From a bacterium (lineage in GTDB: Bacteria > RBG-13-61-14 > DATKZS01), in assembly GCA_963674965.2 (NCBI GenBank), contig CAXXFL010000006.1, positions 704,001 through 768,000 on the forward strand: a DNA stretch of 64,000 nucleotides, read 5' to 3'. The position numbers and the translations under genes were made by a program. The notes under the pieces are model-generated. The model made no database searches. It was not told where the DNA came from and saw nothing but the letters and a program-made list of their open reading frames with translations. This document shows positions 10,939 through 21,684 of this stretch, piece after piece. The first letter of the stretch is position 1. Each line of letters opens with the position of its first letter.

Positions 10939-11978
10939 TTTCGCTCCATGATCCAGTTCCACGTATAACCTATGACGGACCCCCTTGAAAAGCTCGGGGC
11001 CCTTAAGGGGATCAGCGCCAGCCACAGCGGTATAGTCAGTATCGACGCCAGGACGCGCGCCGGGCTCACCGGGGTCTTCATCACTTTATATCCGCTTCTT
11101 TTAATAACCGATCCCGCGATAAGATTCATCCAGAAAACGTCCTCGGGCGCGACGGCCCTCGTCTTGAAGGAGTCAAAGCTCGAGTTGAAAGGTCCCTCCG
11201 AAACGGAGACCGGATGATAAGCCAATTCCAGCTTGTCATATATTTTCATCATCGCCTTCTCCGGTTCCTCGATTATCTCCTCCAGGTCGACGACGACGAT
11301 TTTCTCGGGGTATTTTTCGCGCGCCGCCTCCAGGCTCAGCATATACCCCCTCCAGAACAGGGCCCTCATCACCGGGTGCCTGTAAACGTGGTTAAGAAAG
11401 CCGACAAGTCCCATCCCTCTCCAGTCCGCCATATGCTTCATCGAGCGCGTGAATCCGTACGGGTCACGCTTGGTGACGATGAACCTGGCGTCCTTATGGT
11501 TCTCCACTATCCGATCAATCCAATTGAGGTGGTTGGGGGTTTTTTCCAGGACCACGCTTTTATTTTCCGCTTTGGCCACGGCCCCGGCGAGGCGCTCGAA
11601 AACCTCGCCCGGCCTGAGGGGAGCGGCCAAGCTTTCCGCCGTCTCGTCAAGAAGCTTCAGCATGTACTCGGGGTCTATTTTTATAAGGCCCGTATGATGG
11701 GCGGGGTTTTTTTCCCATTCCGAGGCGACGTATCCTTTAAGATTTTCAAAGACCGCGTTCAACTCATCGGCGTTATAACGGCCGGAGGAGTTCGGTTTGA
11801 CGTACAGTCTGCTGTAAAAATTCGTCTCCCCGAAGACCGCCGCCTGGGGATGCTCGTTCATACGGCGGCTGATCCACGTGGTGCCGCTTCGGGCCACTCC
11901 CACTATGAAGTGTATCTCGAGCGGTCCGTCTTTTTGCTCGCCTCCCACGCCTTGATCCTTGCTCCTCATTCCGTCCAT
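10935..11978 (-). CDS. sulfotransferase
   Basis: FIVGVARSGTT PAPS-binding loop, EKTP, RDP..S. Confidence 0.9.
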   Translation of the reverse strand: MDGMRSKDQGVGGEQKDGPLEIHFIVGVARSGTTWISRRMNEHPQAAVFGETNFYSRLYVKPNSSGRYNADELNAVFENLKGYVASEWEKNPAHHTGLIKIDPEYMLKLLDETAESLAAPLRPGEVFERLAGAVAKAENKSVVLEKTPNHLNWIDRIVENHKDARFIVTKRDPYGFTRSMKHMADWRGMGLVGFLNHVYRHPVMRALFWRGYMLSLEAAREKYPEKIVVVDLEEIIEEPEKAMMKIYDKLELAYHPVSVSEGPFNSSFDSFKTRAVAPEDVFWMNLIAGSVIKRSGYKVMKTPVSPARVLASILTIPLWLALIPLRAPSFSRGSVIGYTWNWIMERK

Positions 11979-12002
11979 ATCGATCCATGTATGAAGTATT
12001 TA

Positions 12003-13250
12003 TTATCGCGCAAGCAGTTTTTTCAATTCCTTGTCAAAGGTATCGATTATTTTTTCCCTCGTGTAGTTCTCCAGGATATATTTTCTTCCCCTCTTTCCCA
12101 TTTCCTCTCTCAGCTCGTCGTCCGACTGGAGCTTCAAAAGCGCCTGGGCCAGGGCCTTTTCATCGCCGGGAGGAATATTGATTCCCCCGCCGGACTCGGC
12201 CACTATCTTGACGCTCGAGCTGTCGGGCCTTCCGCCGAAAATATAGGGGGTGCCCGATCCAAGATAATCGAAGGTCTTGTGCCCGATTATCCAGTTGATA
12301 CCGTCCCGATCGGGAAAAAGGTTCACGCAAACGTCGGCGGCCCGGTAGAAATCCGGCAGGTCTTGCCTTGGCATCCACCCTAAAAACGAGCAGTTATCGA
12401 GTCCCTTTTCCTCGCAATAATCGATATAGCCTTGCCGCTTTTGCCCACCTCCGATAAGGACGAACTGATATTCTTCCCTATCGCGAAGCGCCTCGGCCGC
12501 CTTGAGGATGGTCATAATGTCCGTCACGTGGCCCATTACGCCCGCGTAAACGACGATGAACTTTTCCTCCCATCCATACTTTTTTCTTACGTCCACCTTA
12601 TAATTTCTTTCGTTAAAAATTTCCGGCTCGAAGGCGTGGGTAATGACTTTAATTTTATCTTCCGGTATTCCCATGCCCACCAGGTGGTCCTTGATGCCAG
12701 GACTCACCACCACAATGATATCGGCCGCCAGGTACAGGCGCCGGTAAAGATAATCGGCCAGCCGGCTCATGATTCCCGGCTTGATATAGCCGATCCCCAT
12801 GCCGCCCTCCAGGATCAGGTCCCGCATCTCTAGAATGTATTTGGCCCCCCTTAACCTGGCTTGAACGCAGGCCAGGACCGCGGTGGTTATGGGCTCGGAC
12901 GCGGCCATAACCACGTCGGGCTTTGGCGATAAAAGTCCGCGAAGAGACGCGGTTATGGACTGAGAAAAAATATAGAACAGGCGATTGAGAAAAACTTCCC
13001 GGTCCAGGGAAGTGCACCAGACGCGGCAGACGTCCACTCCCTCAACGGCCATGTTCTCGAACAACTTGAATTTGGACCTGGTCATCCTCTTCATGGTCAG
13101 GGCGTCGACGGCCGGGGCCACCACCAGTATTTTGTATCCCAGTCTGGCCAGATATTTGGACTGTTGCCAGGATTGAACCCCACCCACGTCCTTGCCCATC
13201 CTGAAGTGAGGATAATACATGAGCAGTCTCGGACCATGGTTTTCACTCAT
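12003..13250 (-). CDS. glycosyltransferase family 4 (WbuB-like)
   Basis: GT-B pattern: YAGVMG, LIGGG, KTFDYLGSGTP, EMGKRGR. Confidence 0.9.
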   Translation of the reverse strand: MSENHGPRLLMYYPHFRMGKDVGGVQSWQQSKYLARLGYKILVVAPAVDALTMKRMTRSKFKLFENMAVEGVDVCRVWCTSLDREVFLNRLFYIFSQSITASLRGLLSPKPDVVMAASEPITTAVLACVQARLRGAKYILEMRDLILEGGMGIGYIKPGIMSRLADYLYRRLYLAADIIVVVSPGIKDHLVGMGIPEDKIKVITHAFEPEIFNERNYKVDVRKKYGWEEKFIVVYAGVMGHVTDIMTILKAAEALRDREEYQFVLIGGGQKRQGYIDYCEEKGLDNCSFLGWMPRQDLPDFYRAADVCVNLFPDRDGINWIIGHKTFDYLGSGTPYIFGGRPDSSSVKIVAESGGGINIPPGDEKALAQALLKLQSDDELREEMGKRGRKYILENYTREKIIDTFDKELKKLLAR

Positions 13251-13711
13251 GACGCTAATCTCCTACTATTGATTTTGTCTAGAGGTGACGTTTATCTTGT
13301 ATGAAAAATTTTATCGCTCTTGTAAAAATCGATCATTGCAAAAACAATAAAAACAAAGAACGATGCCTTACTCTCCCATGTCAAGCGCTATCTCGCGCCG
13401 TTTCCATTTGATTAAAAGGTATTATGCGGCATTTCAGTTAATCCGGGCGGGCAGGATCATGCCCATCTTCCTCCCGGGAAAAGGCCAAACGATTTACCCG
13501 ATTACCCGTGACGCGAGAATCATTCTAACTTGATTGACCTCGAAAAATCAAACGGCGGCCCGTTTTGAGCGCCTCGCGGCCAAGAGCGTTTCTCAGTAAA
13601 AAAGGATTTGAAAGAGCGCGTATATTTTGCAATAATGGCGCTAAAGCGGCGGCTGGACCTCGCCGTTTTCTCGGACTTTTTTCCGAGCACCACAACCCGG
13701 GAGGTTTGACA

Positions 13712-15031
13712 ATGAAGCCATCTAGGCGGACGCGAATCGCGATGGTGTTTTTCTTTCTTTTCATGGCCAACCATGATGCCTCGAGCTTCGAGGTCGCCAT
13801 CGGCGACAAGCGCTTTACGGCCAAGGCGCCGCCGGGATACGTCGAGGTGGGGTCGTCCTCATATCGGACGCTGCAACTGTTCCAGGGCCTTCTGCCCGAG
13901 AAACTGGAGGTGCAGGGGGCTTTCGTGTCCGAGGAGGAAGCGGCTCGCATAAAAGTGAACGAGGTACCCGTTCTCACCAGGTACATGCTGATCTACATCC
14001 ACAAGGACCTGCAGGGCAACGTGACTCAGCCCCAGTTCAACCAGGTCCGGGAAAGCACGCGGAAACAATATCACAACATGTACGACGACTACCGGGACCA
14101 GGTCGGTCACGTCCTGGACAAACCAGCCGAGTCGATTTCCGATTATCTGGGCGATGACGCCAAGATAAAGAGCGTGACCGTCTATCCCATCGGGGTGGTT
14201 TCCGACCGGACCTACGCCATCACCATCTCCCAGCTCATCAAGTACGAGGTGGCCACCGCCGGAGGGGAGGAGCCGGTTTTTTACGTGGCCGCCACGGTCA
14301 ACGTCGTCCACGTTCACGGCAAGGTGTTTTTCTTAAGCGCCTTCTCCTATTTCCGGGACGAGGCCGACCTGTCCTGGACGGAGGAGATATCCCTCGGCTG
14401 GGTGGAGGACATCCTGCACGACAACCTCAGTCCATCCGTCTTCGACTACCAGGGCCCGGGCGCCCAAACCTCGTTCACCGAAAGAGAGGTCGCCAAACTT
14501 CTTGGAGGCCCGTCGAAAAAATATTCCTCCTCCGGGCGCGAAAAAGCCCTGGGCATAGACGTCTCCTTCCTCCACCCCGAGGGATGGAACGTCATGGAGG
14601 ACAAGGACTCGCCCAACGTGGTCAACGTGGTATACGGAAACATGCACGATGAAGCCGTGCCCTTCGTGAGCCTGGCCGTGAACGAGCTGGCCCTGAGGCA
14701 AAAGGTCAGGTTCTCGGGAGAAGACGGCCAAAACGTCATGCTCGAGAGCATGGAGCTGGCCGTTCCCTCCGACGCCGCGATCATATCCAAAGGCAAGGCG
14801 GACGTGGCCGGAAGAAAAGGCGCCTGGGTCAAATTCAGGCACGAGACCAAGAAGGAGGGCGAAACCCTCAGGTCCACGCAGGCGCTTTACATGTTCCATT
14901 ACCGGGACAAGCTCGTCACGCTGGCCGTCGGCGTCTCGGGCAAGGCGAGGCCCAAGCAGGTCGAGACCTGTTTCGACGCCTACGCGGCCGTGTTCGAAAG
15001 GATAGTGCAAAGCGTTACGGTGGCGAATTAG
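13712..15031 (+). CDS. hypothetical exported protein
   Basis: GGAGG RBS and signal-peptide-like N-terminus; no recognised family. Confidence 0.6.
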   Translation: MKPSRRTRIAMVFFFLFMANHDASSFEVAIGDKRFTAKAPPGYVEVGSSSYRTLQLFQGLLPEKLEVQGAFVSEEEAARIKVNEVPVLTRYMLIYIHKDLQGNVTQPQFNQVRESTRKQYHNMYDDYRDQVGHVLDKPAESISDYLGDDAKIKSVTVYPIGVVSDRTYAITISQLIKYEVATAGGEEPVFYVAATVNVVHVHGKVFFLSAFSYFRDEADLSWTEEISLGWVEDILHDNLSPSVFDYQGPGAQTSFTEREVAKLLGGPSKKYSSSGREKALGIDVSFLHPEGWNVMEDKDSPNVVNVVYGNMHDEAVPFVSLAVNELALRQKVRFSGEDGQNVMLESMELAVPSDAAIISKGKADVAGRKGAWVKFRHETKKEGETLRSTQALYMFHYRDKLVTLAVGVSGKARPKQVETCFDAYAAVFERIVQSVTVAN

Positions 15032-15304
15032 TCGTTTACCGCCTCGAAATTACGTCCAGTCGATTTTACGTCCCGGCATCGCCGCCTCCTCGGGGAGATG
15101 ACAAGATTACTATCTGCACCCTATCCTCCGCCCCGAGGGGAAGGCGTTCCAAAGCCCTTGGGGACATCTTCCGAAAAGGGGATAAAGCGCGGCCTGATAA
15201 CCGACTCTTTGGCGTCCGCTCGGAATTAGGATAATGTCGGAATCAGGATAATAGCCTCTCACCCGCGCGTATGATAAAATTACCTCGATGTTTGGAGCGC
15301 GTCC

Positions 15305-15982
15305 ATGAGAGTGTTGCTGGTGGAGGATGACGAGCGGGTGGCTTCCTTTATTCTCAAGGGTCTCAAGGAGGAGGGCTTCGCCGTTGACCACGCCGGCAAC
15401 GGGGAGGACGGCATGCACCTTCTTTTAAGCGAGCCCTATGACGCGGCCGTCCTGGACGTCATGCTTCCCGGGCTCGACGGGCTGACGATCATCGAGAAAA
15501 TTCGGGCCAGGGGGATAAAGGTCCCCGTACTGTTCCTCAGCGCCAAGCGGTCGGTGGACGACAGGGTCAGGGGTCTGCGGGCGGGCGGCGACGATTACAT
15601 GGTCAAGCCTTTCGCCTTCAGCGAGCTGGTGGCCCGGCTCCAGGCGTTGATCCGGCGCGCGTCCGGGACCTCCGAGCCCACGACCCTCACCTTCCAGGAC
15701 CTTACCATGGACCTCATGACCAGGGAGGTGAAAAGGGGGGGAAGATCGATCGAGCTTCAGCCCCGCGAGTTCGCGCTGCTTGAATACCTTTTGCGCAACG
15801 CGGGCCGGGTGGTTTCGAAGACCATGCTTCTCGAGCACGTATGGGACTACAACTTCGATCCCCGCACCAACGTGGTCGAGGTCCGCGTCAACAAGCTTCG
15901 CGCTAAAATCGACAAGGGCTTTGACAAGCCCATCGTCCATACCGTTCGCGGCGTAGGTTATGTTATCAAAGAAGCGCCGTGA
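15305..15982 (+). CDS. OmpR/CusR-type response regulator
   Basis: VEDD, LDVMLP, DDYMVKPF receiver domain plus winged-helix HTVRGVGY. Confidence 0.95.
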   Translation: MRVLLVEDDERVASFILKGLKEEGFAVDHAGNGEDGMHLLLSEPYDAAVLDVMLPGLDGLTIIEKIRARGIKVPVLFLSAKRSVDDRVRGLRAGGDDYMVKPFAFSELVARLQALIRRASGTSEPTTLTFQDLTMDLMTREVKRGGRSIELQPREFALLEYLLRNAGRVVSKTMLLEHVWDYNFDPRTNVVEVRVNKLRAKIDKGFDKPIVHTVRGVGYVIKEAP

Positions 15983-17366
15983 TTTTTCCCGGACCCTCAC
16001 CTTCCGCCTGGCCCTTTCCTACACCGGGGTTTTTATTCTTTCCACCGCGTCGGCTTTTATCGTCTGTTACCTTCTCGTCGCCTCCCATCTAGAGGGGCTA
16101 ACCGACAAGATTCTCCTGGACGAGTTCCGCGAATTTATCGAGCTATACGATGAAGGCGGCATGGACGCGATCCGCGGGGAACTGGCACTGGAGGTCGAGA
16201 CCGAGGACCCCCATCTGACCTATTTCAGGATGATCTCCGAAAACGGTGAGGTTATCGATGGAACGGACACCTCTTCCTGGGATGGCCTTTTGCCCGATAA
16301 AAAATCGATCGCGAAATTAAAAGGCGAAAAAGACTATGCTTTCGGGACCTTAAAGCTTGATTCCAAGCCGAGCGAGGTCCGTTATCTTTACGGAAAAATA
16401 AACCATAACTTGATCTTCGACTTTGGACTTGTGCCCGTGGATGACGCGGAATTCCTGTACGTTTTCAGAAGGATACTAATCTTTACCGGCGTCTTCATGT
16501 CCATTGCTTCCTTGCTGGTGGGCTGGATCATGGCCAGGAGGGCGCTGGCGGGAGTCGAGGACGTGACCTTGACCGCCATCGAGATCCAAAAAGGGGGCAT
16601 GGACAAGAGAGTGCCTTTAAAATCAAGGGGCCTCGAGATCGAAACCCTGGCCATTGCCTTCAACGAAATGATCGACCACGTCCAGACCCTGATGCGGGAG
16701 ATGAGGGAGTTGACCGACAATATCGCCCACGACCTGAGGAGTCCGATCACGGCGATCAGGGGCAGATGCGAGATGGCCCTCACCTCGGGCGGGTCGGAAA
16801 ACGAGCTTGCCGAGGCGGCCTCAGCCGCAGTGGCCGACTGCGACGGGCTGCTTCACATGATCAACGGCATGCTCGACCTGGCCGAGGCCGACGCGGGTGT
16901 ATTCCGGCTTGCCCCAGAGCGGCTCAACGTCCTCGATCTGATCGGGAACGTGGTGGAAATGTTCGAGACCTGGGCCGAGGAAAAAAACATAAGCGTTCAA
17001 ATCGAGGCGCCTGAGGATTTAACGGTCGCCGCCGACCGGCAAGCGCTTAAAAGGATTATGGCCAACCTGCTGGACAACGCAATCAAATACTCTCCGCCCG
17101 GGGGAAGAGTCGCCATATCGGCGCGGGGGGCGCAAGGCCGCGTCGAGATATCCGTAGCCGATACCGGCCCCGGCATCGGCGAGCTGGACCGGGAGCTTAT
17201 CTTCAAAAGGTTTTACCGGCTCGATAAAAGCAGGTCCAAGCGGGGCGCGGGCATTGGCCTGGCCCTCAGCCGCGCCCTGGTCCGCGCCCAAGGTGGAGAA
17301 ATTTCACTTAAGAGCGAACCTGGCCAGGGCAGCGTCTTTACCTTCCATCTGCCTGAGCGCGATTAA
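15960..17366 (+). CDS. HAMP-domain sensor histidine kinase
   Basis: Two TM segments, AHDLRSP H-box, NLLDNAIKY, DTGPGI, GAGIGL. Confidence 0.95.
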   Translation: MLSKKRRDFSRTLTFRLALSYTGVFILSTASAFIVCYLLVASHLEGLTDKILLDEFREFIELYDEGGMDAIRGELALEVETEDPHLTYFRMISENGEVIDGTDTSSWDGLLPDKKSIAKLKGEKDYAFGTLKLDSKPSEVRYLYGKINHNLIFDFGLVPVDDAEFLYVFRRILIFTGVFMSIASLLVGWIMARRALAGVEDVTLTAIEIQKGGMDKRVPLKSRGLEIETLAIAFNEMIDHVQTLMREMRELTDNIAHDLRSPITAIRGRCEMALTSGGSENELAEAASAAVADCDGLLHMINGMLDLAEADAGVFRLAPERLNVLDLIGNVVEMFETWAEEKNISVQIEAPEDLTVAADRQALKRIMANLLDNAIKYSPPGGRVAISARGAQGRVEISVADTGPGIGELDRELIFKRFYRLDKSRSKRGAGIGLALSRALVRAQGGEISLKSEPGQGSVFTFHLPERD

Positions 17367-17472
17367 TAATTGAGAGAGTCGAGACCGACTCAAGATGACC
17401 AAAAGGTAATCTTACCGCCATCTTCCGGTAACGTCCCGTTTGATACCCTGGATTGTCAAACGAGACGTATTC

Positions 17473-18666
17473 ATGAGAAACCTTTCAATACCAATCCTTT
17501 ATTATCACAGGGTAAACCGGGTCGACGCCCGGATGGCCGTAAGCCCGGACAGATTCCGCGAGCAGATCAAAAGTATCGCCTCCAGGGGATGGCGCACGAT
17601 CGGGACCCCCGAGCTGATCGAGTTCGTCGAAACCGGGAAAGCACCTCACAAAAAACCTTTCCTTATCACCTTTGACGACGGTTATTTCGATAACTGGTAC
17701 CACGCCTGTCCCACCCTTGAAAAATATGGGATGAAGGCCCTCGTCTTCATGGTATCCGATTGGATAGGCCAAGGCCTCGCCCGCCCGCGCTTCCAGGACG
17801 GCGGCGAGCCGCCCATGCGAGACCTGGACCAGGCCATCAAAGCCGCCCTGACTGGAGACCGAGACGACTTCCTTAACGAGGCGGAAATAAGGGAGATGGC
17901 CGCGAGCGGCATTTTCGAGTTCGGTTCTCACGGCTCCAGCCACCGCCCTTGTTTCGCCTCGAGTCAAATAGATCGCCTTCTCTTTTCCCGGTCTCCCCAC
18001 TGGACCAAGATGGCGCTGGCCAAGGGAGATATAAGGCCCGGACTTCCCATATACGAGTGGACCTCGGCGATCACCGTCCCCGAGTTTATACCGTCCTCGA
18101 GAATGAAGGAGGAGATTATCCGCCACGTCGAGCACCAGGGAGGATGGGAAGCCGGCAAGAACAAAAAGAAAAGAGAGGAAATCGAGCGGCTCATGATTCA
18201 CTGGTCGAAAAAAAGCTTTGGCCTCTCGGGAGGCGGAAGATACGAAAGCGAGGAAGAGGCCCTGCAAAGAATATCCTCGGACCTCGAGGCCTCGCGGCTA
18301 CGGCTCGAGGAATTGACGCGCGCTCCGTGCCTAGCCCTGGCCTGGCCCTGGGGACAACACAGCCGGCTCGGAATAAGGGCGGCGAAAAAAGCGGGCCTTA
18401 AGATCGCCTTCACCACCCGCTCCGGGGCCACCTGCAAAGGCGACCATCCCTTCCGCCTGGACCGGCTCCGGGTCAGTAATAAAACGAGCGGGACCACGCT
18501 CGAGTTAATGATGAGCGCTCTGTCTCATCCCTCCGCCTCGAGGCTCGCCAGGCTTTTTTCCGATTCCAATTCAACCGACGGGTTCATGGAAAACCCGGAA
18601 ATAATCCCAGCCAAGAGGCGGGAAAAACCGGCCCTCGCGCCGCTGAAAAGGGAGAGGGCAAATTGA
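17473..18666 (+). CDS. polysaccharide deacetylase family protein
   Basis: PILYYH, ITFDDGY, GSHGSSH, LAWPWG. Confidence 0.9.
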   Translation: MRNLSIPILYYHRVNRVDARMAVSPDRFREQIKSIASRGWRTIGTPELIEFVETGKAPHKKPFLITFDDGYFDNWYHACPTLEKYGMKALVFMVSDWIGQGLARPRFQDGGEPPMRDLDQAIKAALTGDRDDFLNEAEIREMAASGIFEFGSHGSSHRPCFASSQIDRLLFSRSPHWTKMALAKGDIRPGLPIYEWTSAITVPEFIPSSRMKEEIIRHVEHQGGWEAGKNKKKREEIERLMIHWSKKSFGLSGGGRYESEEEALQRISSDLEASRLRLEELTRAPCLALAWPWGQHSRLGIRAAKKAGLKIAFTTRSGATCKGDHPFRLDRLRVSNKTSGTTLELMMSALSHPSASRLARLFSDSNSTDGFMENPEIIPAKRREKPALAPLKRERAN

Positions 18667-19907
18667 AATCTCTTAACGTGCTTCTCACCAATTCCCACTC
18701 AGGCGCCCAGACCGGGTCGGGAGTACAAGCCTACTTGCTGGCGCGGGAACTGGTCAAGCGGGGTCACAAGGTTACCGCGGCTTTCAAGAGGAAAGCCGAT
18801 GACTCCGGCCATCCCCACTGGACGCTTGATAAATTCACGGAAGCGGGAGTTGACATAATACTTGTGCCTTTTGCCAAGCTCAAATACTCGCACACCATTC
18901 CCACGCTCATGGAACTGGGCGACTATCTTTGGGAGAAAAAATTCGACGTGGCCCACTCCTTTTCGGGTATGGACCTAAACTATCTTTATCTCCTTTCCTT
19001 TTTCGTTCCTCTGCCCGCGTTGATTTCCAACCGGGGCACCGCGGCCCCCCTCGATGTATTCAACAGCATTAAATACCGGTCGCGTCGCGTTTCCCGTATC
19101 ATCGCCATCTCCGAGTCGGTCAAGGAACAAATGGCCCGAAGCGGCGGAATAAACAGGGACAAGATTGAGGTGATCCATTCCGGGGTGGACCTGGCCGAGT
19201 TCGATCCGGGTCTGGATGGGGCCGAGGTCCGCCATGAACTGGGGCTGCCTCGGGAGGTTCCCGTCATCGGGGCCATTGGTTCGTTTCGCTTCAAACCCGG
19301 ACATTTGAAGGGCGGGATGGAACTTCTGGCGGCGGCGGGACGGATACTCGAGCGTCATCCGGAAACCAGGTTTCTGATCGTGGGCTCGGTGGATCGGAAA
19401 TTGTTCGATCGCGCTGCCGATCCATCCGTTGCCGATAGTTTCGTATTCGCCGGCTTCAGGGAGGACGTCTCGAGAATGATGGCCGCTTGTGACGTCATCG
19501 TTTCTCCCTCCATCAAGATCGAGGGGCTGGCCGGGGTACTGCGGGAGGCCCTCGCCATGGAAAAGCCCGTGGTGGCGACCGATCTCGGGGGAAACCGCGA
19601 GCTGGTGGTCCCGGACAAAACCGGGCTCATGGTCCCGCCCGGCGATAGCGAGGCCCTGGCCGAGGCCTTAATCACTCTCATCGAGAATCCGGACCAAGGC
19701 GCGTCAATGGCCAAGGCGGGAAGGAAAATAATCGAGCGGGAGTTTTCCCTGGATGACCGAGTCGATCGCGTCGAGCGTCTTTATTACGCGGCCCTCATGA
19801 ATCGGCCGCTCGCGAAAAAAGTCGGCTCCTTTAAGGGCTCGATACGCGTCGGGACCAAATCTCTTTTTCTTCGGGGTCCGGATAGACGCCATCTGGCCAT
19901 GAAATAA
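18663..19907 (+). CDS. glycosyltransferase family 4
   Basis: EGLAGVLREALAMEKPVVATDLGGNRE (EX7E); FAGFREDV. Confidence 0.92.
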   Translation: MKSLNVLLTNSHSGAQTGSGVQAYLLARELVKRGHKVTAAFKRKADDSGHPHWTLDKFTEAGVDIILVPFAKLKYSHTIPTLMELGDYLWEKKFDVAHSFSGMDLNYLYLLSFFVPLPALISNRGTAAPLDVFNSIKYRSRRVSRIIAISESVKEQMARSGGINRDKIEVIHSGVDLAEFDPGLDGAEVRHELGLPREVPVIGAIGSFRFKPGHLKGGMELLAAAGRILERHPETRFLIVGSVDRKLFDRAADPSVADSFVFAGFREDVSRMMAACDVIVSPSIKIEGLAGVLREALAMEKPVVATDLGGNRELVVPDKTGLMVPPGDSEALAEALITLIENPDQGASMAKAGRKIIEREFSLDDRVDRVERLYYAALMNRPLAKKVGSFKGSIRVGTKSLFLRGPDRRHLAMK

Positions 19908-20233
19908 TTCCATCGGCAATGCCAAAGACGCCCGGACGGTTAGCAAACCGGCCGGGCGTCGCGTTTCCATCAGTCCCTAGCCGTTGGCGCCAGCCTACGG
20001 AAAGAATGGGGGTTAATTCCCTTTGGGCTTTGGTCCGAAATTTTACAGACCGCCACGAGACCTACATCCCAAGTTGTTCAAAATGGGGGAAGTTCGCTAT
20101 TTGAATACCCAACACCAAACGTGATATCTGTACATATTGCCGAGCGAATTTTTTTATGATTTGCCGTGACATTCGTTCTCCCCGATCTTTATTATTCAGT
20201 AAAGGGAAGCACGGCTGACGGGCGCGACCTTCA

Positions 20234-20791
20234 ATGGAAGACAAAGACCTTGTACATAAGGCCCTCGAGGGCGACGAGGAGGCCAGGGAGATTATCTTCA
20301 CCGCCCACGTGGACATGGTCCACCGCGTCTGCGCGGGCTTCGCCAGGGGAGACGCTCAAACGGCAAAGGACTTGACCCACGCCGTTTTTCTCAAGGTATA
20401 TGGAGGGCCGGAATCTTTCGGGCCGCCCTACAAGCTTCGGCAATGGATAGCGAGCATCGCGAGAAACGCGGGACTGGATCACATAAAGGCAATAAACGCG
20501 GAATACGACGCCATGAATCAATACAATCACATACCCCATGGGCGGCCGCTCACGCCGGAGGAGGAACTGCTGGGCAGAGAATGCGGTGAAATGGTCCAAC
20601 AAACCCTGGAGATGGAAAAGAACCGATCGACAAGGGAAACCGTAACCATGTTTTACGAGCGAGGTCTGGCGGTGGCTGACATAGCCCGGGCGCAGCAAGT
20701 ATCCGCCAGCGTCGTCACCAGCCGCCTCGAGCGCTTTCGAGGACGCCTCCGCAAAAACCTGGCTCGTCTCGCCCTGGAGGACCCAAAATGA
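20234..20791 (+). CDS. ECF RNA polymerase sigma factor
   Basis: Region 2 (AKDLTHAVFLKVY...WIASIARNAGLD) and region 4 (DIARAQQVSASVVTSRLERFR). Confidence 0.88.
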   Translation: MEDKDLVHKALEGDEEAREIIFTAHVDMVHRVCAGFARGDAQTAKDLTHAVFLKVYGGPESFGPPYKLRQWIASIARNAGLDHIKAINAEYDAMNQYNHIPHGRPLTPEEELLGRECGEMVQQTLEMEKNRSTRETVTMFYERGLAVADIARAQQVSASVVTSRLERFRGRLRKNLARLALEDPK

Positions 20792-21681
20792 ATACCTGCC
20801 CCATTACCGAGGATTTTCTCGACCGATGCCTCGCGGGCCTGCTCTCCCAAAAGGAGATCGATGAGGGCCGCGAGCACCTGGCGAGCCAGTGTTCCGATTG
20901 TGACGGGTTCTTCGAGTCCATGGGCGAGGAGTCCCAGGAAAATCTTATCGCCCTCTTCCTGGCCAGGCCATCGTCAACCCCGGACGTCCCTCCCCCTCCC
21001 CTCTCGGACGAGGAAAAAGAGCGGATGTGGAAAGACATCGCGGCCGATACCAGGGGCCGTCAAGAAAAGAGAAAGCCCGAGCGGCTCTTGTATTTAAACA
21101 ATCTTTCCAGGCCATTGGCCCTGGCGGCCGGCGTCATACTGGTCGTCGCGGCGGTCTTCATGGCCGGGCGCCTCGTCCCGCCCCGGCAGGACCAATACAT
21201 AAAAGGCGGGGCGGGCGCCTATGAGGGAGATATTTTTCTCCAGTTCATCGTCTCGGAGCGGGGCGGCTCGCCGGACGGCCTGGCCGCCTTCAAGCGGGGC
21301 GTGAACCGGGGCGTGTATGGCAAAGGCGGTTACATCCTGTTCCGCTACGAGATCGACCGGCCGCTCTGGGTTTATCTCATCCATCTGGACCAGGAGGGCG
21401 CGGCCAGGCTTCTCTATCCCGCCGATCGAGACGAGGACCGGCTTCGGGCGGCGGGCGTATATGACGTCAACAAGGGCGAGGAGGTCCTGGCCCTCCCTCT
21501 CGAGGGCATGGACGGTCTCCAGACCTTCTGCGCGGTCGGACAAAAGGAGCGGGCGGCGGAGGGCGGCGAGCTTCCGGGCTCCGTCGCCGAGCGGGTGACG
21601 AGGCTGGCGAACGAGTCCGGGTCGCGGCCCGGCCGGGTACGCGAGAGCGGCATGGATTGTTTTCAGATCAAGGTGGAGTAA
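20788..21681 (+). CDS. putative zinc-finger anti-sigma factor with DUF4384-like C-terminal domain
   Basis: HLASQCSDC (ZAS-like), one TM helix followed by IKGG, and VYLIHLDQEG..LLYP. Confidence 0.7.
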   Translation: MNTCPITEDFLDRCLAGLLSQKEIDEGREHLASQCSDCDGFFESMGEESQENLIALFLARPSSTPDVPPPPLSDEEKERMWKDIAADTRGRQEKRKPERLLYLNNLSRPLALAAGVILVVAAVFMAGRLVPPRQDQYIKGGAGAYEGDIFLQFIVSERGGSPDGLAAFKRGVNRGVYGKGGYILFRYEIDRPLWVYLIHLDQEGAARLLYPADRDEDRLRAAGVYDVNKGEEVLALPLEGMDGLQTFCAVGQKERAAEGGELPGSVAERVTRLANESGSRPGRVRESGMDCFQIKVE

Positions 21682-21684
21682 ATC

